Source of the DNA: Alphaproteobacteria bacterium
GTDB lineage: Bacteria; Pseudomonadota; Alphaproteobacteria; UBA828
Direction of reading: 5' to 3'
Assembly: GCA_965214705.1 (NCBI GenBank)
Contig: CBDCCI010000001.1
Span: 643,104 to 707,103 of the forward strand
DNA: 64,000 nt
In this document: piece after piece, positions 41,537 through 54,042 of the stretch
How positions within the stretch are numbered: the first letter of the stretch is position 1
How the letters are laid out: the number at the start of each line of letters is the position of its first letter
Notes under the pieces: generated by a model
Told to the model about the DNA's origin: nothing
Seen by the model: the letters and a program-made list of their open reading frames with translations, nothing else
The model's database searches: none
Translations under genes and position numbers: made by a program

Positions 41537-42877
41537 CAACTGATCCACCCTGCCCCTGTCAACGGGCCGTGGCACATTTGCGCGAAATACGCGCGGCCCA
41601 GTAGCGACAACACTACGCGTCGCATTTTGGTGGCATGGACGATTCGATTTTCGATATCAAGCGGTTATTCCGTCACCCGAAACAGGGACGTGTTCCCAGG
41701 GTGTCGAGGGCACTATTAAACGTAGGTTTGGCGCAAATTAACACGTCAAATCTACGCGCAACTACGCGGTGCTACGCAGGCGTATGACGGATTACAGCCC
41801 TGCACCATCGGTGAGTCGGGTGTGACGGGTACAAGCGCCCTCAGGGCGTAGGACAGGTCCAATGATCCGGAGAAAAGCGTTTCCGCCCAGCCACTTAGGT
41901 GGCGCAGGATGCTTGGTGAGGCCAGGAATCCGGGAATTCGGGCGTGTTTGCCGGAGAACACGGGAATTTCCTATGGCACGCTTGCATAGAAACACAAGCT
42001 GCGACTTGTGTTGTCCGTGTGTGGCGATGCCGGAGCGCTCGGCACGGCTCAGGATGCACTCGGGGATCGATCTGCCGAGCTCGTGCAGGGGCATGTTCTC
42101 GCAGACGTGGCGGCGTTCGGAGATGCGGCGGAAATGAGGCAAGCGACGATGGTCGGCACCGGTGACCGAACAGGATTGTTTTCGCGAGTGACGGGCGGGG
42201 AGAGCACATGGCGGACCAGTGTTGCCGGCATGACTGACCGGCAAGCGGTCGGGGCGATCATCGGAGCTGCCGACGGCAGGCGCGAGGCACGCGATCATGG
42301 TCGGCGCAGTTGACGGATCACTTCTGTCGATGGTCGTGCTGAGGGGAGCGACGGATGAAGGATCGAAACCGCGGCATCGGCGATCGGGCTGGTGACGCGC
42401 GAGGCATCGGCACTGACGACGGCACGGGCACGGGCACCGGACAGAGGTGGTCGCACTCGTGCTCGCGCTGGTGCGGCGCCTGGTGATGCCCATGCCGCAG
42501 GTGCGGGATTTCCGGACGACGCTCATCGTCGGCACGGTCTGCTCGCGGCGATGACGATCATCACGATGGCGGAGTCGCGCGCGCTCGCGACGAAGGCCGT
42601 TCGGGTTTCGCAGCGACAGCGGCCGGCGATGGCGCGCACGCGCCGAGTCGGATGCACGGCGGCGGAGAGAAGGCGGGGAAGCACGGTCGCTGTAGCGGCC
42701 GCGAGCGGCGCCGGCGCGAAGCGCGGCGTCGCCGGCCATCGCGCGCGCACTCGAGTTGGCGGTGCGCGGTCCGACGAGCGGGCGCACCGGACTGCGCACA
42801 TGCCGCCCGTCGTGAAACATGACGAAGCGGCCGATCCCGCATCGGGGATCGGCCGTTGTCGAGGAAGCGCGCGCCGT

Positions 42878-43795
42878 TTACGGGGCCTTGACCTCGAGGA
42901 CGGGTATGCCGAGCTGCTTCGACTTGTCGACGAGGTTGCCGGTGATGCCGCTGCCGGGGAATGCGATGACGCCCTTGGGCAGCAGGTTGAGCAGGTCGTC
43001 GTTGCGGCGGAAGGGCGCGGCCTTGCCGTGCGCGTTCCAGTCGGGGCGGCAGACGACCTGGTTGACGCCTCTGGCCTCGGCCCAGCTTGCCGCGATCTTC
43101 TCGACGCCGGGGCCGCCGCCGTGCACCAGCACCATGTCGCCGTGCTTCGCGCGCGCCATGTCGAGCGTGCTCCAGACCGCGTCGGCATCGGCGACGGTCT
43201 TGCCGCCGGTGATCGCGACCAGGGTGCCCTCGGGCAGGTGCGCGCGGGTCTCGCGGTCCTTGCGCGCTCTGCGGAAGTCGCGGGCATCGATGGCGGCAGA
43301 GGTGAGCGTTCCGGTGCGGCTCGTGTGCGAGCCGTGGCGCGGGCGCCATGTGTCGCCGGTCTCAGCACGGTAGGCATCGGCTGCGATGTCGCGCATCTTC
43401 TCGAAGGCGTCGCGGCGGTCGCCGAGGCTCTGCGCCCGGTCGGTCATGGTCTGCAGCTCCCACGCCTTCACCTCCGATCCATCCTGCGCCTTCTCGAGGT
43501 CGCGCATCTCGGGAGTGATGCGGTCGACGGCACGGTCGAGCCTCTGCACCTGGCTGTGCAGCATGTTGGTGAAGCCCCACATGAGGGGCTCGCGCTCGTC
43601 GGCCATCTGTGTGCCGTCGACGGTGATGCCGTCCACGATGACGCGGATGGCCTCGCTCAGCGCATCGATGGCGTCGTCCTCGTCCCAGACGACCCTGCTG
43701 TCGAGCTCGCCGCGCTCAGGTGCGGCACCGTAGAGGGCCATGCTCTCGCAAACGGTTGCAGTTGCAGAAGCGGTAGCGCTTGTGGTGTCGATCAT
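42878..43795 (-). CDS. DUF2493 / YspA-SLOG domain protein
   Basis: VAITGG, LVHGG..GVE.IAASWA, AAPFRRND, AFPGSG. Confidence 0.85.
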   Translation of the reverse strand: MIDTTSATASATATVCESMALYGAAPERGELDSRVVWDEDDAIDALSEAIRVIVDGITVDGTQMADEREPLMWGFTNMLHSQVQRLDRAVDRITPEMRDLEKAQDGSEVKAWELQTMTDRAQSLGDRRDAFEKMRDIAADAYRAETGDTWRPRHGSHTSRTGTLTSAAIDARDFRRARKDRETRAHLPEGTLVAITGGKTVADADAVWSTLDMARAKHGDMVLVHGGGPGVEKIAASWAEARGVNQVVCRPDWNAHGKAAPFRRNDDLLNLLPKGVIAFPGSGITGNLVDKSKQLGIPVLEVKAP

Positions 43796-46468
43796 GACGA
43801 TCTCCCTTGTTCATACACCGGGACCCTGTGCCCCGTCGTGGTGTCCTCCTTCTTCACGCGCGCGCAGTGGCAGCACCTGGCCTTAGGAACTCTTGGGCGG
43901 GAGTCGGTGCGGAAGTTCGGCGATGTTGGTGCGGAAGATGGCGCCGCCGTGCCGGTGGGAACGGTGCTCCGCAGCAAATCCATTCCAGTGGTCATTACGG
44001 CGCCGGGCCGGGCGGGTCCGCTTGGGCCTGCCCGGCGTCTAGGCGCCGCGACGAATGGTTCCGCGAATGGATTTGATGCGGTGCAGCGTGACGCGGCGGC
44101 CCCGCGTCAGGGGCCGGCGCGCTGTGAGACGAGGCGGTTGGTGATTACACGTGAGCCATCTTCACGGTCGCCGAACTTCACGGCCCGCCCTAGAGTTCCT
44201 TAGGCCAGGCCGTAGGGAGCGGAGCGACCGGAGGACCCGCAGGGTTGCTGCTGCGAGCACGCGTGACAGGATGGGAGGACACGACGGAAGAGGATTCCAT
44301 TTCAGCACGCACGGCCTCCTCTTTTTCTCTGGTTGACTTCAGGCGCCGCCGGGTTGGTGCCGATCAGGGGCGCGATGCGTGCGGCCAGGGCCTGCGGACC
44401 GAGGATCACCAGATCCTCGTTCAAATCGGCGGTCGCGGCGACGACGAGGGCGCACTCGATACCCAGCGTGGTGCAACGCCGGCGCAGGCGAAGCGCGGCG
44501 CGCTCTCCCGCCTCGTCGTTATCGCAGGCCACGACGATGCGGGCGATGCCCGGCGGCGGCGTGAACGAGCCCAGGCCACCGGCCGAGAGCGCGGCAGCGG
44601 CGACGGCCTCCGGCAATGCGGTGACGACGGAGAGCATCGTCTCGATGCCCTCCCCCACCAGCAGCGTACCGGCGTCGGGGTGGCCGAAGCGGACGGCATG
44701 GCCGCGGACACGGCCGAGCGTCTTGCGCGGGAAGGACACGGCCGCCTTCGCGGGATGCCGGGGATCGAGCCAGGTCCGGTGGACGCCGACGATGGCGCCG
44801 TGAGTAGACTGCTCGCCTGGACCGGAGCGGTCCTCCAGTCCGGGGTGTTTCCCCGGACCGGAGCGTTCCTCCGGACCGGGGTGTTCCCCTGCGTCGGCGG
44901 TGACCGCGGCGACCAATGCCGGCAGGCGGCGCACGCCGCCGCCGTCGCGGTAGAAGAGTTCCGGGTGGAGAGCGCTGTGAAGACCAAGAGGAGGAAAACA
45001 TGCAGTAATCCAGTCACTTGGTCATGCTGATGATCGACCGGTGGCTGAGACGCCACCTCTCCCAGCGAAGGGTGTTGGGGGAAAGGGGGTCGCTAAGTTC
45101 CGCCGTTTTCCGGCGGTGGGGCGAAAACGCTGCGACCTGAACTGGACCGGACGCGGGCCGTCGCCTGCGGGCCGGGCTACCACAGGATCTATGGCGAGCT
45201 AGAGCGAAGCATGCGACGGAAGCCTCCTTATTTAGGACTGGACCCTCAATGGCCCGACGGGGCGGAGGGACTGCGGACCGAGCCGGATGGTCTTTCATCT
45301 GCCTTCTGGCGGGTGCGCCACGCGCACCCGGGCACGGGTCAACCCTTCTATCCCGGGTCCCTGAACCGCAAGGGGTATAGCGTGCCGCCTAAGGGTCTCA
45401 GGTTGGTTATCGGAACACAGGAACCTGTGCTGTCCGCCCGGTACGGAGCCGGGCTAGCTGCGGAGAACGGAGATGGGCCGCATAGGGGCGGAGCCCTCGT
45501 AGTAGTCCGAGTGTGGGAAAGCCGCATACATGGCGAAGGGGGGCAGAAGGCGGATCAACGTACGCATGACGGAGGGACTATCCGTGGACTCGGATAATCA
45601 GGCCGATAAGGCTTGGCTCCTCAACGTGCAGCGGAAGTTGTATCGGTGGAGTAAGGAGACGCCCGAGGGCGCCTACGGCGATGTGTGGAACTGGGTAACC
45701 GATCCGCGCAATCTTCGCTGTGCTTGGCATTCGATTGCCCAGAACAAGGGCAGGCGGACGCCGGGTGTCGACGGGTTGACGGTGGCGAGCATTGCCGCTG
45801 GTGACGGAGGCGTACCGCTCTTTCTGGCCGAGCTTCGGGAGACGCTGCGGAATGGCAGCTACCGACCGTCGCCCGCCAGACGCAAGTGGATTCCGAAGCC
45901 GGGCAGACCGGGGAAGTTCCGACCCCTTGGTATCCCCACCGTTGCTGATCGCGTAGTGCAAGGCGCGGTCAAGAATATCTTGGAGCCGATCTTCGAGGCG
46001 CGATTCTGGCAAGTGTCCTACGGGTTCCGGCCCGGTCGGGGCTGCCATGGCGCACTCGAACATATCCGGCAGACCATTCGGCCCCGACGCGACGGGCCGG
46101 ATGGAATGCGCCGTGACACTCCCTATCAATGGGTGATCGAAGGCGACATTGAGGGCTGCTTCGATAACATCGGCCACCATCACTTGATGGAGCGCGTGCG
46201 GAAATCCTGCGCGGACCGGAAGGTGAACCGGCTGATCGTGCGGTTCCTCAAGGCCGGGGTGCTGGAGGACTTCATTTACAGTCCGACGGCTACCGGCACG
46301 CCTCAAGGGGGCGTCCTGTCACCGCTGCTGGCCAACATCGCGCTGGGCGCGATCGAGGAGCGGTACTGGTGGTGGGTCAAGCACCCGCATGATCCCAAGC
46401 TCCGCAGAGACGGGGTGAGAAGGGCCTCGGACCGGCGACACCGGGACAGGGAGGCCGGGCGACCGGTC

Positions 46469-49133
46469 TTGAACGAAGCCGCTACGCGGAGTTAGCGGCG
46501 TAGAGTTCATTCATTTCCGAGGCGTCGCGGGTGCCGTTTGTTCTGTGCGTTCGCTTCCCGGTTGCGTCAGTGGCGCTCCGCCCGTCGGGTGGCGGATCCC
46601 CAGCAGCCTCCCGATCACCAGTGGTTAGTATCGACCCCTGCGACGGACCGTCGCCGGATCGGTCCGGCGGCGCGCCGTCGCGATCCAGGGAGATCGATAA
46701 TGACCGGGACCGCGTGCGACACGAACACCGTCACCCCTCTTCGCCAGCGCATGGAGGAGCAGCTCCGCATCGCCAATCTGGCCGCGAGCACGTCCAAGGC
46801 CTACATCTGCGAGATCAAGAACCTGGCCAGGTACTACGACGCCTCGCCGGACGAGCTCGACGCCGAGCAGGTGCGCCAGTGGTACCTGGGGCGGATCGAC
46901 AAGGGGCTCAGTCCGGGCACGACCAACGTCTCCTTCGCCGCGCTGAACTTCCTCTACATCGACACACTCGGCTGGCCTGACCATGTCGCCGGCCTGCGCT
47001 CCCGCAAGAAGCCCGGCAAGCTGCCGCGCTACATGTCGGAGCAGGAGGTCGAGCACCTCATCCTTGCGACACCCGACCTCCGCCACCGTGCTGCCATTGT
47101 CACCGGCTATGGCGGCGGGCTCCGCATCTCCGAGACCTTGGCCATCAAGGTCGGCGACATCCTGTCGGAGAAGAAGCTGCTGCACATCCCCTCCGGCAAA
47201 GGCGGCACCGAGAGAATGGCACCGTTGCCGGACATCGTCATCCACTACTTGCGCGTCTACTACAGGAACATCTGGCCGCGTCCGACGAGCTGGCTCTTCT
47301 ACGGCGTCTCGCTCGACAGGCCCATCGCAACGGAGACCTTGCAGGCCGCCTTCAGGAGGGCGCGCGACATTGCCGAGCTCGACCGCAGCTACACCTTCCA
47401 TTGCCTGCGCCATTCGGCGGCGACCCATCTCCTCGAGCGCGGCGGCGATATCGAGGTGATCCGGGACATGCTCGGCCATCGAAGCGCGAACACGACCCGT
47501 CACTACGCCCGCGTCACCGGCAAGATGTTCGAGGGCCTCGACCACCCGATCTCAGGCTTCGCAGCGTTGCGCAACTGACGGCGCGTGGAGGCCGAACGCG
47601 CGGGCGTGGCGGAGATCTTCCGCCGCGCCGGCGCCGCTTTCCGTGAGCGCCACAAAGGGCGCATCGACGCCGCCCGGCTCAAGGTCATGGGCGCCATCGA
47701 GGCGTGCCGCACCGCCGTGCTCGGCGGCCACATGTACGCCTGCGAGGGCTGCGGGCGCGAGCATCCGCTCTTCAACTCCTGCCGCAACCGCCACTGCCCC
47801 ACCTGCCAGGGTCTCGCCGCCAACCTCTGGAGCGAGGAGCGCGCCGGGGACATCCTGCCGGTGCCCTACTTCCATGTGGTCTTCACCCTGCCCAAGGAGG
47901 TTGCCGCCATTGCCTTCTGCAACCGCAGGGTGGTGTTCGACATCCTCTTCCGGGCCGTCGCCGAGACCCTGCGCACCATCGCCGCCGATCCCCGCCACGG
48001 CGGCATGCGCATCGGCGGCACCGCGGTCCTCCATACCTGGGATCAGAAGCTCCGCTTCCACCCGCACCTGCACGTGGTCGTGCCCAACGCGGGCTTCGAC
48101 GTAGACAGTGGCGAGTGGAAGACGGGGAGCACCACCTTCCTCGCCCCCGTCAAGGTCCTCGGCAGCCTGTTCCGCCGCCTCTTCCTCGAGGAGCTCGCCC
48201 GCGCCCACGGCCGGGGGGACCTGGAGTTCCACGGCACCCTCGCCCACCTCGCCAATCCCGGCGAGTTCCACGCCACGCTTGCCGCCGCCCGGGCCAGGGA
48301 CTGGGTGGTCTACGCCAAGCGGCCCTTCCGCGGGCCTGAGCAGGTCTTCCGGTACCTCTCGCACTACACGCACAGGATCGCCATCTCCGACAGCCGCATC
48401 GTCTCCTTCGACGGCGAGACGGTCTCCTTCCGCCACCGAAAGCCCAAGGCGCCGGGGCAGAGAAAGCCGCGCTACGGCATCGCCACCGTGAGCGCCGACG
48501 AGTTCATCCGCCGCTTCCTGAGGCACGTCCTGCCGGACGGCATGCACCGCATTCGCTACTTCGGCATCCTCGCCAACGGCTGCCGCGCCAGCACGCTGGA
48601 GAGAGCACGCCAGGCTCTCGGCGCCCTCGGCTGCGCCGCCCCCGAGGGAAGCGTGGACGGCGCTCAGGCCGAGCCCGACGAAGAGCCCGAGATCGGCACC
48701 GCGCCCGTGGCCTGCCCCCACTGCGGCGGCGTCATGCGCCTCGTCCGCGAAATCCGCCGCCGCCATGAGCCCCGCTCGACGCGCGGCCCGCCGGCGCTGC
48801 CGCCGACCCACAGGGGGAAACCGTGAGACGCCCGCTCGCTTCGGCCCCGCGCAACGGCGCCAAAGCGCCGACGCACGACCGAACCTGTCTCCGCTTGAGC
48901 CGGGCTGACAGCCCTCGGCTCACACCCCGCTCAGTCCTCGCAGCGTGCGCCCGCATGCCTGCCGAAAGACCGGCGCGAGCGTCGATTTTATGCGCAACTC
49001 TGCTGCCGGTGGATGCCGCCTGACGCTGACATCAGCGCACTTTCCACATAGCTCAACTTCGCCTCTCGTGGCCCGCGGCTTCGTTCAAAAGGGTTGGGCA
49101 GGCTCTCGAGAGAGAGCCTGCCCAACCCTTAAC
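46469..49133 (+). mobile_element. IS91-family element copy 4 (integrase 46700-47578, transposase 47585-48826)
   Basis: Same termini; last base displaced by IS1634. Confidence 0.95.
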
Positions 49134-51225
49134 CCGAACTTCCGTTAGCATCTGATTGCCGATCTGGCCGGATTTTGCCTGTTTCCGCCCTTTCTGCGCA
49201 GTTTAGCGCCCGGTTTGGCGCGAAATTCCCGAAATGATCGCCGAAACCGCCGCGATTCGGCGCTCCAGCGCTGGATCACGCCGTCCCGGCGCATCCACCA
49301 AAACCTGAATACTAGTCAGTAGATAGTTTTCTCGTTACGATAATTGCTCCGCATTCCCAAGCCTTTCCGATATGATTGCCGCGATTCGCTAGGCAGATCG
49401 ATATGCACATCGAAACCACCCGGTCCGGAAACTCCCGCTGCCACCTCCTCAGACAGTCCTACTGGCAGGACGGAAAACCCAAGAAGCGCACCCTGTGCAA
49501 CCTCTCCGCCCTCCCGGAACACGCCATCGAAGCCCTCAAACGCGCCCTCAAGCGCGGACCCGCCCTCAATCCCGACAGCGCCGACGTCGAACTGCGCGCC
49601 AGCCGGGCGCACGGCGCCGTCAGCGCCGTTCTCGGCACCCTTCGCGACATCGGCCTCGACCGCGTCATCTTCCACCGGCCCGATCGCCGCAGGGCCCTCG
49701 TCATCGCCATGATCGTCGCCCGCCTGATCCGGCCCGGCGCCAAGCTGCGCGTCGAGCGCGAACTGGGAGCGGCCGGCACAACCACCCTCGCCGCCCTGCT
49801 CGGCGTCGAAGGCGTCAGCGTCGACGAACTCTACGCCGCCATGGACTGGCTGGGCGCGCGACAGGGCGCGATCGAGCGCAAGCTCGCCCGGCGCCATCTC
49901 GGAGAGGACGATCTCGTCCTCTACGACGTGTCCTCGAGCTACATGGAGGGCAACGCCTGCCCCATGGCGAAGCGCGGCTATTCGAGGGATCGCCGGGGCG
50001 ACCGCCCGCAGATCGTCTACGGCCTCCTCTGCACCCGCGATGGCTGTCCGGTCTCGATCGAGGCCTTCGCCGGCAACACCGGCGACCCGATGACTCTGGC
50101 CAGCCAGGTGCGCAAGGTCCGCGACAGCTTCGGCATCCGGCGGGTGGTGTTGGTGGGGGACCGCGGCATGATCGCGCAGACCCGCATCGACCGCGACCTC
50201 GCGCCCAACGGCATCGACTGGATCACGGCGCTGCGCGCATCCTCGATCCGCAAGCTCGTCGACCGGGGGCATGTCACGCCCGGCCTGTTCGACACCTGGG
50301 GCCTCGCGCGGGTGACCACGCCGGACTATCCCGGCGAGAGGCTGATCGTCTGCTACAACCCGGTTCTGGCGGCCGAGCGCAAGCGCAACCGCGACGGGCT
50401 GCTCAATGCGACCGAGACGGACGCGCGCGATTTCGCCGCGCGCCACGCCGCCGGCGACATCGACCGCGACGAGTTGAACCGTCGGCTGGGAACCTTGCGC
50501 CGCCGCAAGATGGCCAAGCACTTCCGCTTCGAATTCGACGAGGGCAGCGGCACCTTCAGTTGCGAACGCGACCGGGCGTCGATCGACGCCGAGGCCGCCC
50601 TCGACGGTCTCTACGTCATACGCACCAACGTGGACGAGGACGAGATCGAGGACGTCGAGGCGGTCCGCGTCTACAAGAGCCTGTCACGCGTCGAGCGCGC
50701 CTTCCGCTCGCTCAAGACGGTGTCGTTGCGGATCCGCCCGATCTTCCACTGGCGCGACGACCGAGTACGGGCGCATCTTCTGATCTGCATGCTGGCTTGG
50801 TATGTCGAGTGGCACATGCGCCGCAGGCTGGCGCCGCTGCTGTTCGCCGAGGAGGACGGAGCGCCGCTGTCCGCGAACCCGGTGGCGCCGCCGGAACGCT
50901 CGGAAAAGGCCCGGCGCAAGGACAAGCGCCGAAAGACGGATGATGGACTTGCGGTGTGCGACTTCCGCGATCTCCTCGGCCATCTCGGCACGCTTGCTGC
51001 CACTGAGATCGCCACCGGAACCGACTTCGCCGTGCCCGCCCTGACCAAGCCGACCGAACTGCAGGAAAGGGCGTTCGCATTGCTCGGGCTGCGGCCCCAT
51101 CCTGCGCCCGCGCTCACCGAAAAGGGGATGACCACCGCCAAACCTGTCCAGTAATCGTCGCTTCGAAACTCGCCGAAACCCCTGCCGCACAACGGTTCTT
51201 TGACTATCCCACACTGGAAGTTCGG
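49134..51225 (+). mobile_element. IS1634-family element A, copy 1 (transposase ~49403-51154)
   Basis: TIR ccgaacttcc, TSD cttaac; YDVSSSY, GYSRD, VGDRG, VERAFR. Confidence 0.93.
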
Positions 51226-51681
51226 CTTAACCTTCTACCCGGTCCGGTATGCCGACGACTTCCTGATCTTTGTGGCGGGCGGGTACGACGATGCGGCTGC
51301 CGAGAGGCGGGCGCTCGCGGACTGGCTGCGCGAGGAGATGGGGCTGACGCTATCGGAAGAGAAGACGCGGATCACCGAACTGACGGAAGGGTTCCGGTTC
51401 CTAGGCTGCCGGGTTCGCCTCAAATGGGACGACCGGTATGGCTACGGGTGTCGGATCGAAATCCCGAAGGAGGTGGTCAACGACTTCCGCTGGCGGATCA
51501 AGAAGGTGCTGAGGCGGCAAACGCAAGTTCGGTCGTTGGAAAGCATGCTCCGGGAAATCAATCCGATCCTCCGGGGATGGTCCGGCTACTACCGCTACTG
51601 CATAGGGGCCAAGCGCATCCTGTCCACCTTGGATTGGTATGCGAGTTATAGGCTCTGGCTGTGGCTGCGGGGCAAGCATAA

Positions 51682-53841
51682 CCCAAGTTGGCACTTTTCC
51701 GCTGCCTGTGTTCCCTATTGGTTTGATTCAACGCGATATTTTTCTCGGTCGATTCCAACATGGCCCCACATTTTGTGAGATTCTGTCAGCTCATCAGACG
51801 GGTCCTCGTGCGGTGGATGGCGGGGTCCACGCCCGCCGCCGAGGAGATTGCGGCAACCTCGGCGGCCGGGCGCGTGTCCTGGCGGTTGACGATCAAGGTG
51901 CCGTCGGTCTGGCGCAGGCGCGTGGTGATCCGCACCCAGGTCCGCATGCTCTCGCGGATCGACGCCCAGCACTTGTGGATGCCGCGCGCGGCCAGCCGGG
52001 TACGGATCAGATGCACGGCGTGGTAGGCCAGCACGGCGATCAGCAGGTGGGCCGCGATGCGCCGGTCGAGCTGGTGCCAGATCGGGCGAAGGCCGAGCTC
52101 GGATTTCAGGCTCCGGAATGTCGCCTCGATATCCGTGATCCGCCAGTACGTCCGCAGGACCGTCTCGATGTCCCAGTCGACGTGGCTGGTGCGCAGCACA
52201 TAGGCACCGGCGCCCTCATCGGCCTCGTCGTATCGCGGCCTGCGCTTGAAGCGCACGGCGGTGGCATTGGGGCCGGTTTTCGCCCTCTCGACCGTGATCT
52301 CGTAGTGCCTGGCGACGGCGGAGAAGCGCTGCTTGAGGCGGCCTATGCTCTCCAGCACCTTGTCGTAGCGCTTGAGGCGGCCCTTGACCGCAAGGCCGCC
52401 GTGGAGCCTTTCCAGCGCCGCCTCGAAGCGGTTCCGCCTCAGGCCGATGATCGCGTTCTCGGCCTTCTTCTTGCCCTCGCTGACGACGTAGAGCCGCGCC
52501 TCGCCGTCCTCGCTGGCAAGCCGCCAGGCCCGCACCTCGTGGCGCGCGCTGGTGATCAGCAGGGCCTCGGGTCCGCCCTCGGGCGGCGCAGGCCTGGCAC
52601 CGCGGCTGACCGCGATCCAGTCGTAGCCCTGCTCGCCCAGCCACGCGATGTTTTTCTCGGTGGCGATGCCCGCGTCCATGACCACCGTGGGCTTCGGCGC
52701 CGTGCCGCCGCACACCGCCTCGAGCCGCGCCAGCGCCTCGTGCAGCGTGCCCGGCTCGCTCACGTTGCCCGGCAGGATCTCGCAACTGCGCGGGAAGCCC
52801 GCGCCGTCGAGCGCCAGCGCCAGCGTGATGAGGGGACAGTCGTCGCGCTTCTGCTTGGAGCGCCCGAACCTGGGAAGCTCGCCGCCCGTGTGGCCGTGGT
52901 AGTGGACGTTGGTGAGATCGTAGAAGGCGATCGTCTCGGGCAGGTCGAGCAGTGCGCGCTCACGGTTGAACAGCTCCCGCTGGATGGCGGCGCGGTGGCG
53001 CCAGAGCAGGTCGCCGATGCGGTAGAGCGTCTTGCGCCGCAGCGCCTTGCGGTCGCCCTCCAGGCCCAGGAGCTCGGCGGCCGCGCTGTCGTGGCGGAGC
53101 CAGCGGCTGGTATCACGCTCGCTGGCGGGATGGACCATCCTGGCGACGATCAGCGCGCTGGCGATGCGCCCGTCGCGGCCCTTGATGTCGAGGCCGTGGA
53201 GGATTTCGGCGAAGCCGAGGGCGTCGAGGGCCTTGAGGCACAGGCGCTCGCAGCCGACCGTGCGCGGGTTCTCGTGCTCCAGGGTATCGAGGTCGACGGT
53301 GGCGATGTCGGGCTTGCGCGCCTCTTCCTGCATCGCCTCGACGCGGAACCCCCTGGCCCTGAGCTTGGCGACGATGTCCTCGGCTGCGGCCCGCACATCC
53401 GCCTCGCCCTCGAACAGCGGCGGCTTGCCGTGAAGCAGCGCCTCGGCGAGTTCGGTGACGGCCTTCCACTTCTCGCGCGGCACCGGATAGTCGGTGCCGA
53501 GATTGAGCAGCGTCCTGTGGCGCACCTTGTCGCCGACGCGCTGGGCGAGCACGAGGCGATGGCTTCGGACCGGCTGGCCGGCCTTGTCGGTGTGTGTCCT
53601 GGTTGCCTTGATGTACATGGCGGCGCCGTTTCTGCGATGCCTGTTTCGCATACACGGCGTTCGCGGCATCTGGCAAGAGGGATATCGACTCAACTCCAAA
53701 GTCCTGGCCCCACAATTGGCTTCCAGGACCACGAATGGCAAATGTGGGTCTCAGGTGTCCTCCAACCCCAACATCTAGTGGTTCAGCGCCGCAAAACTGG
53801 CTCGAACAGGCTCGGCTGGTCGGAAAAAGTGCCAACTTGGG
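51682..53841 (-). mobile_element. IS1634-family element B (transposase 51786-~53618)
   Basis: TIR cccaagttggcactttt, TSD ataa; YDLTN, GRSKQKR.DC, MDAG, LRPIWHQ. Confidence 0.92.
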
Positions 53842-54042
53842 ATAAGGGCGTCCCCGGCAGGAAGCTGTCCGCGGACTGGCGCAGGGCTAGCCGGGAACAT
53901 CCTGGCTACCAGGTCTGGGCCGAGGGTGGCACCGAGCAATACCTCATGGGCTACCGACAGGTTCGGAGGTTCGAGCTCAAATGGATGAGGTCTCCTGACT
54001 TTGCGAAAGCCTTTGGAGAGCCGGATGCATTACGAAAGGTGC

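Larger units (their letters stand above)
45584..54042 (+). pseudogene. ltrA: Group II intron RT/maturase in three pieces (45584-46468, 51233-51681, 53846-54042)
   Basis: RPLGIPT, GTPQGG, RPV|FYPVRYADD, INPILRGW, GKH|KGVPG. Confidence 0.9.
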
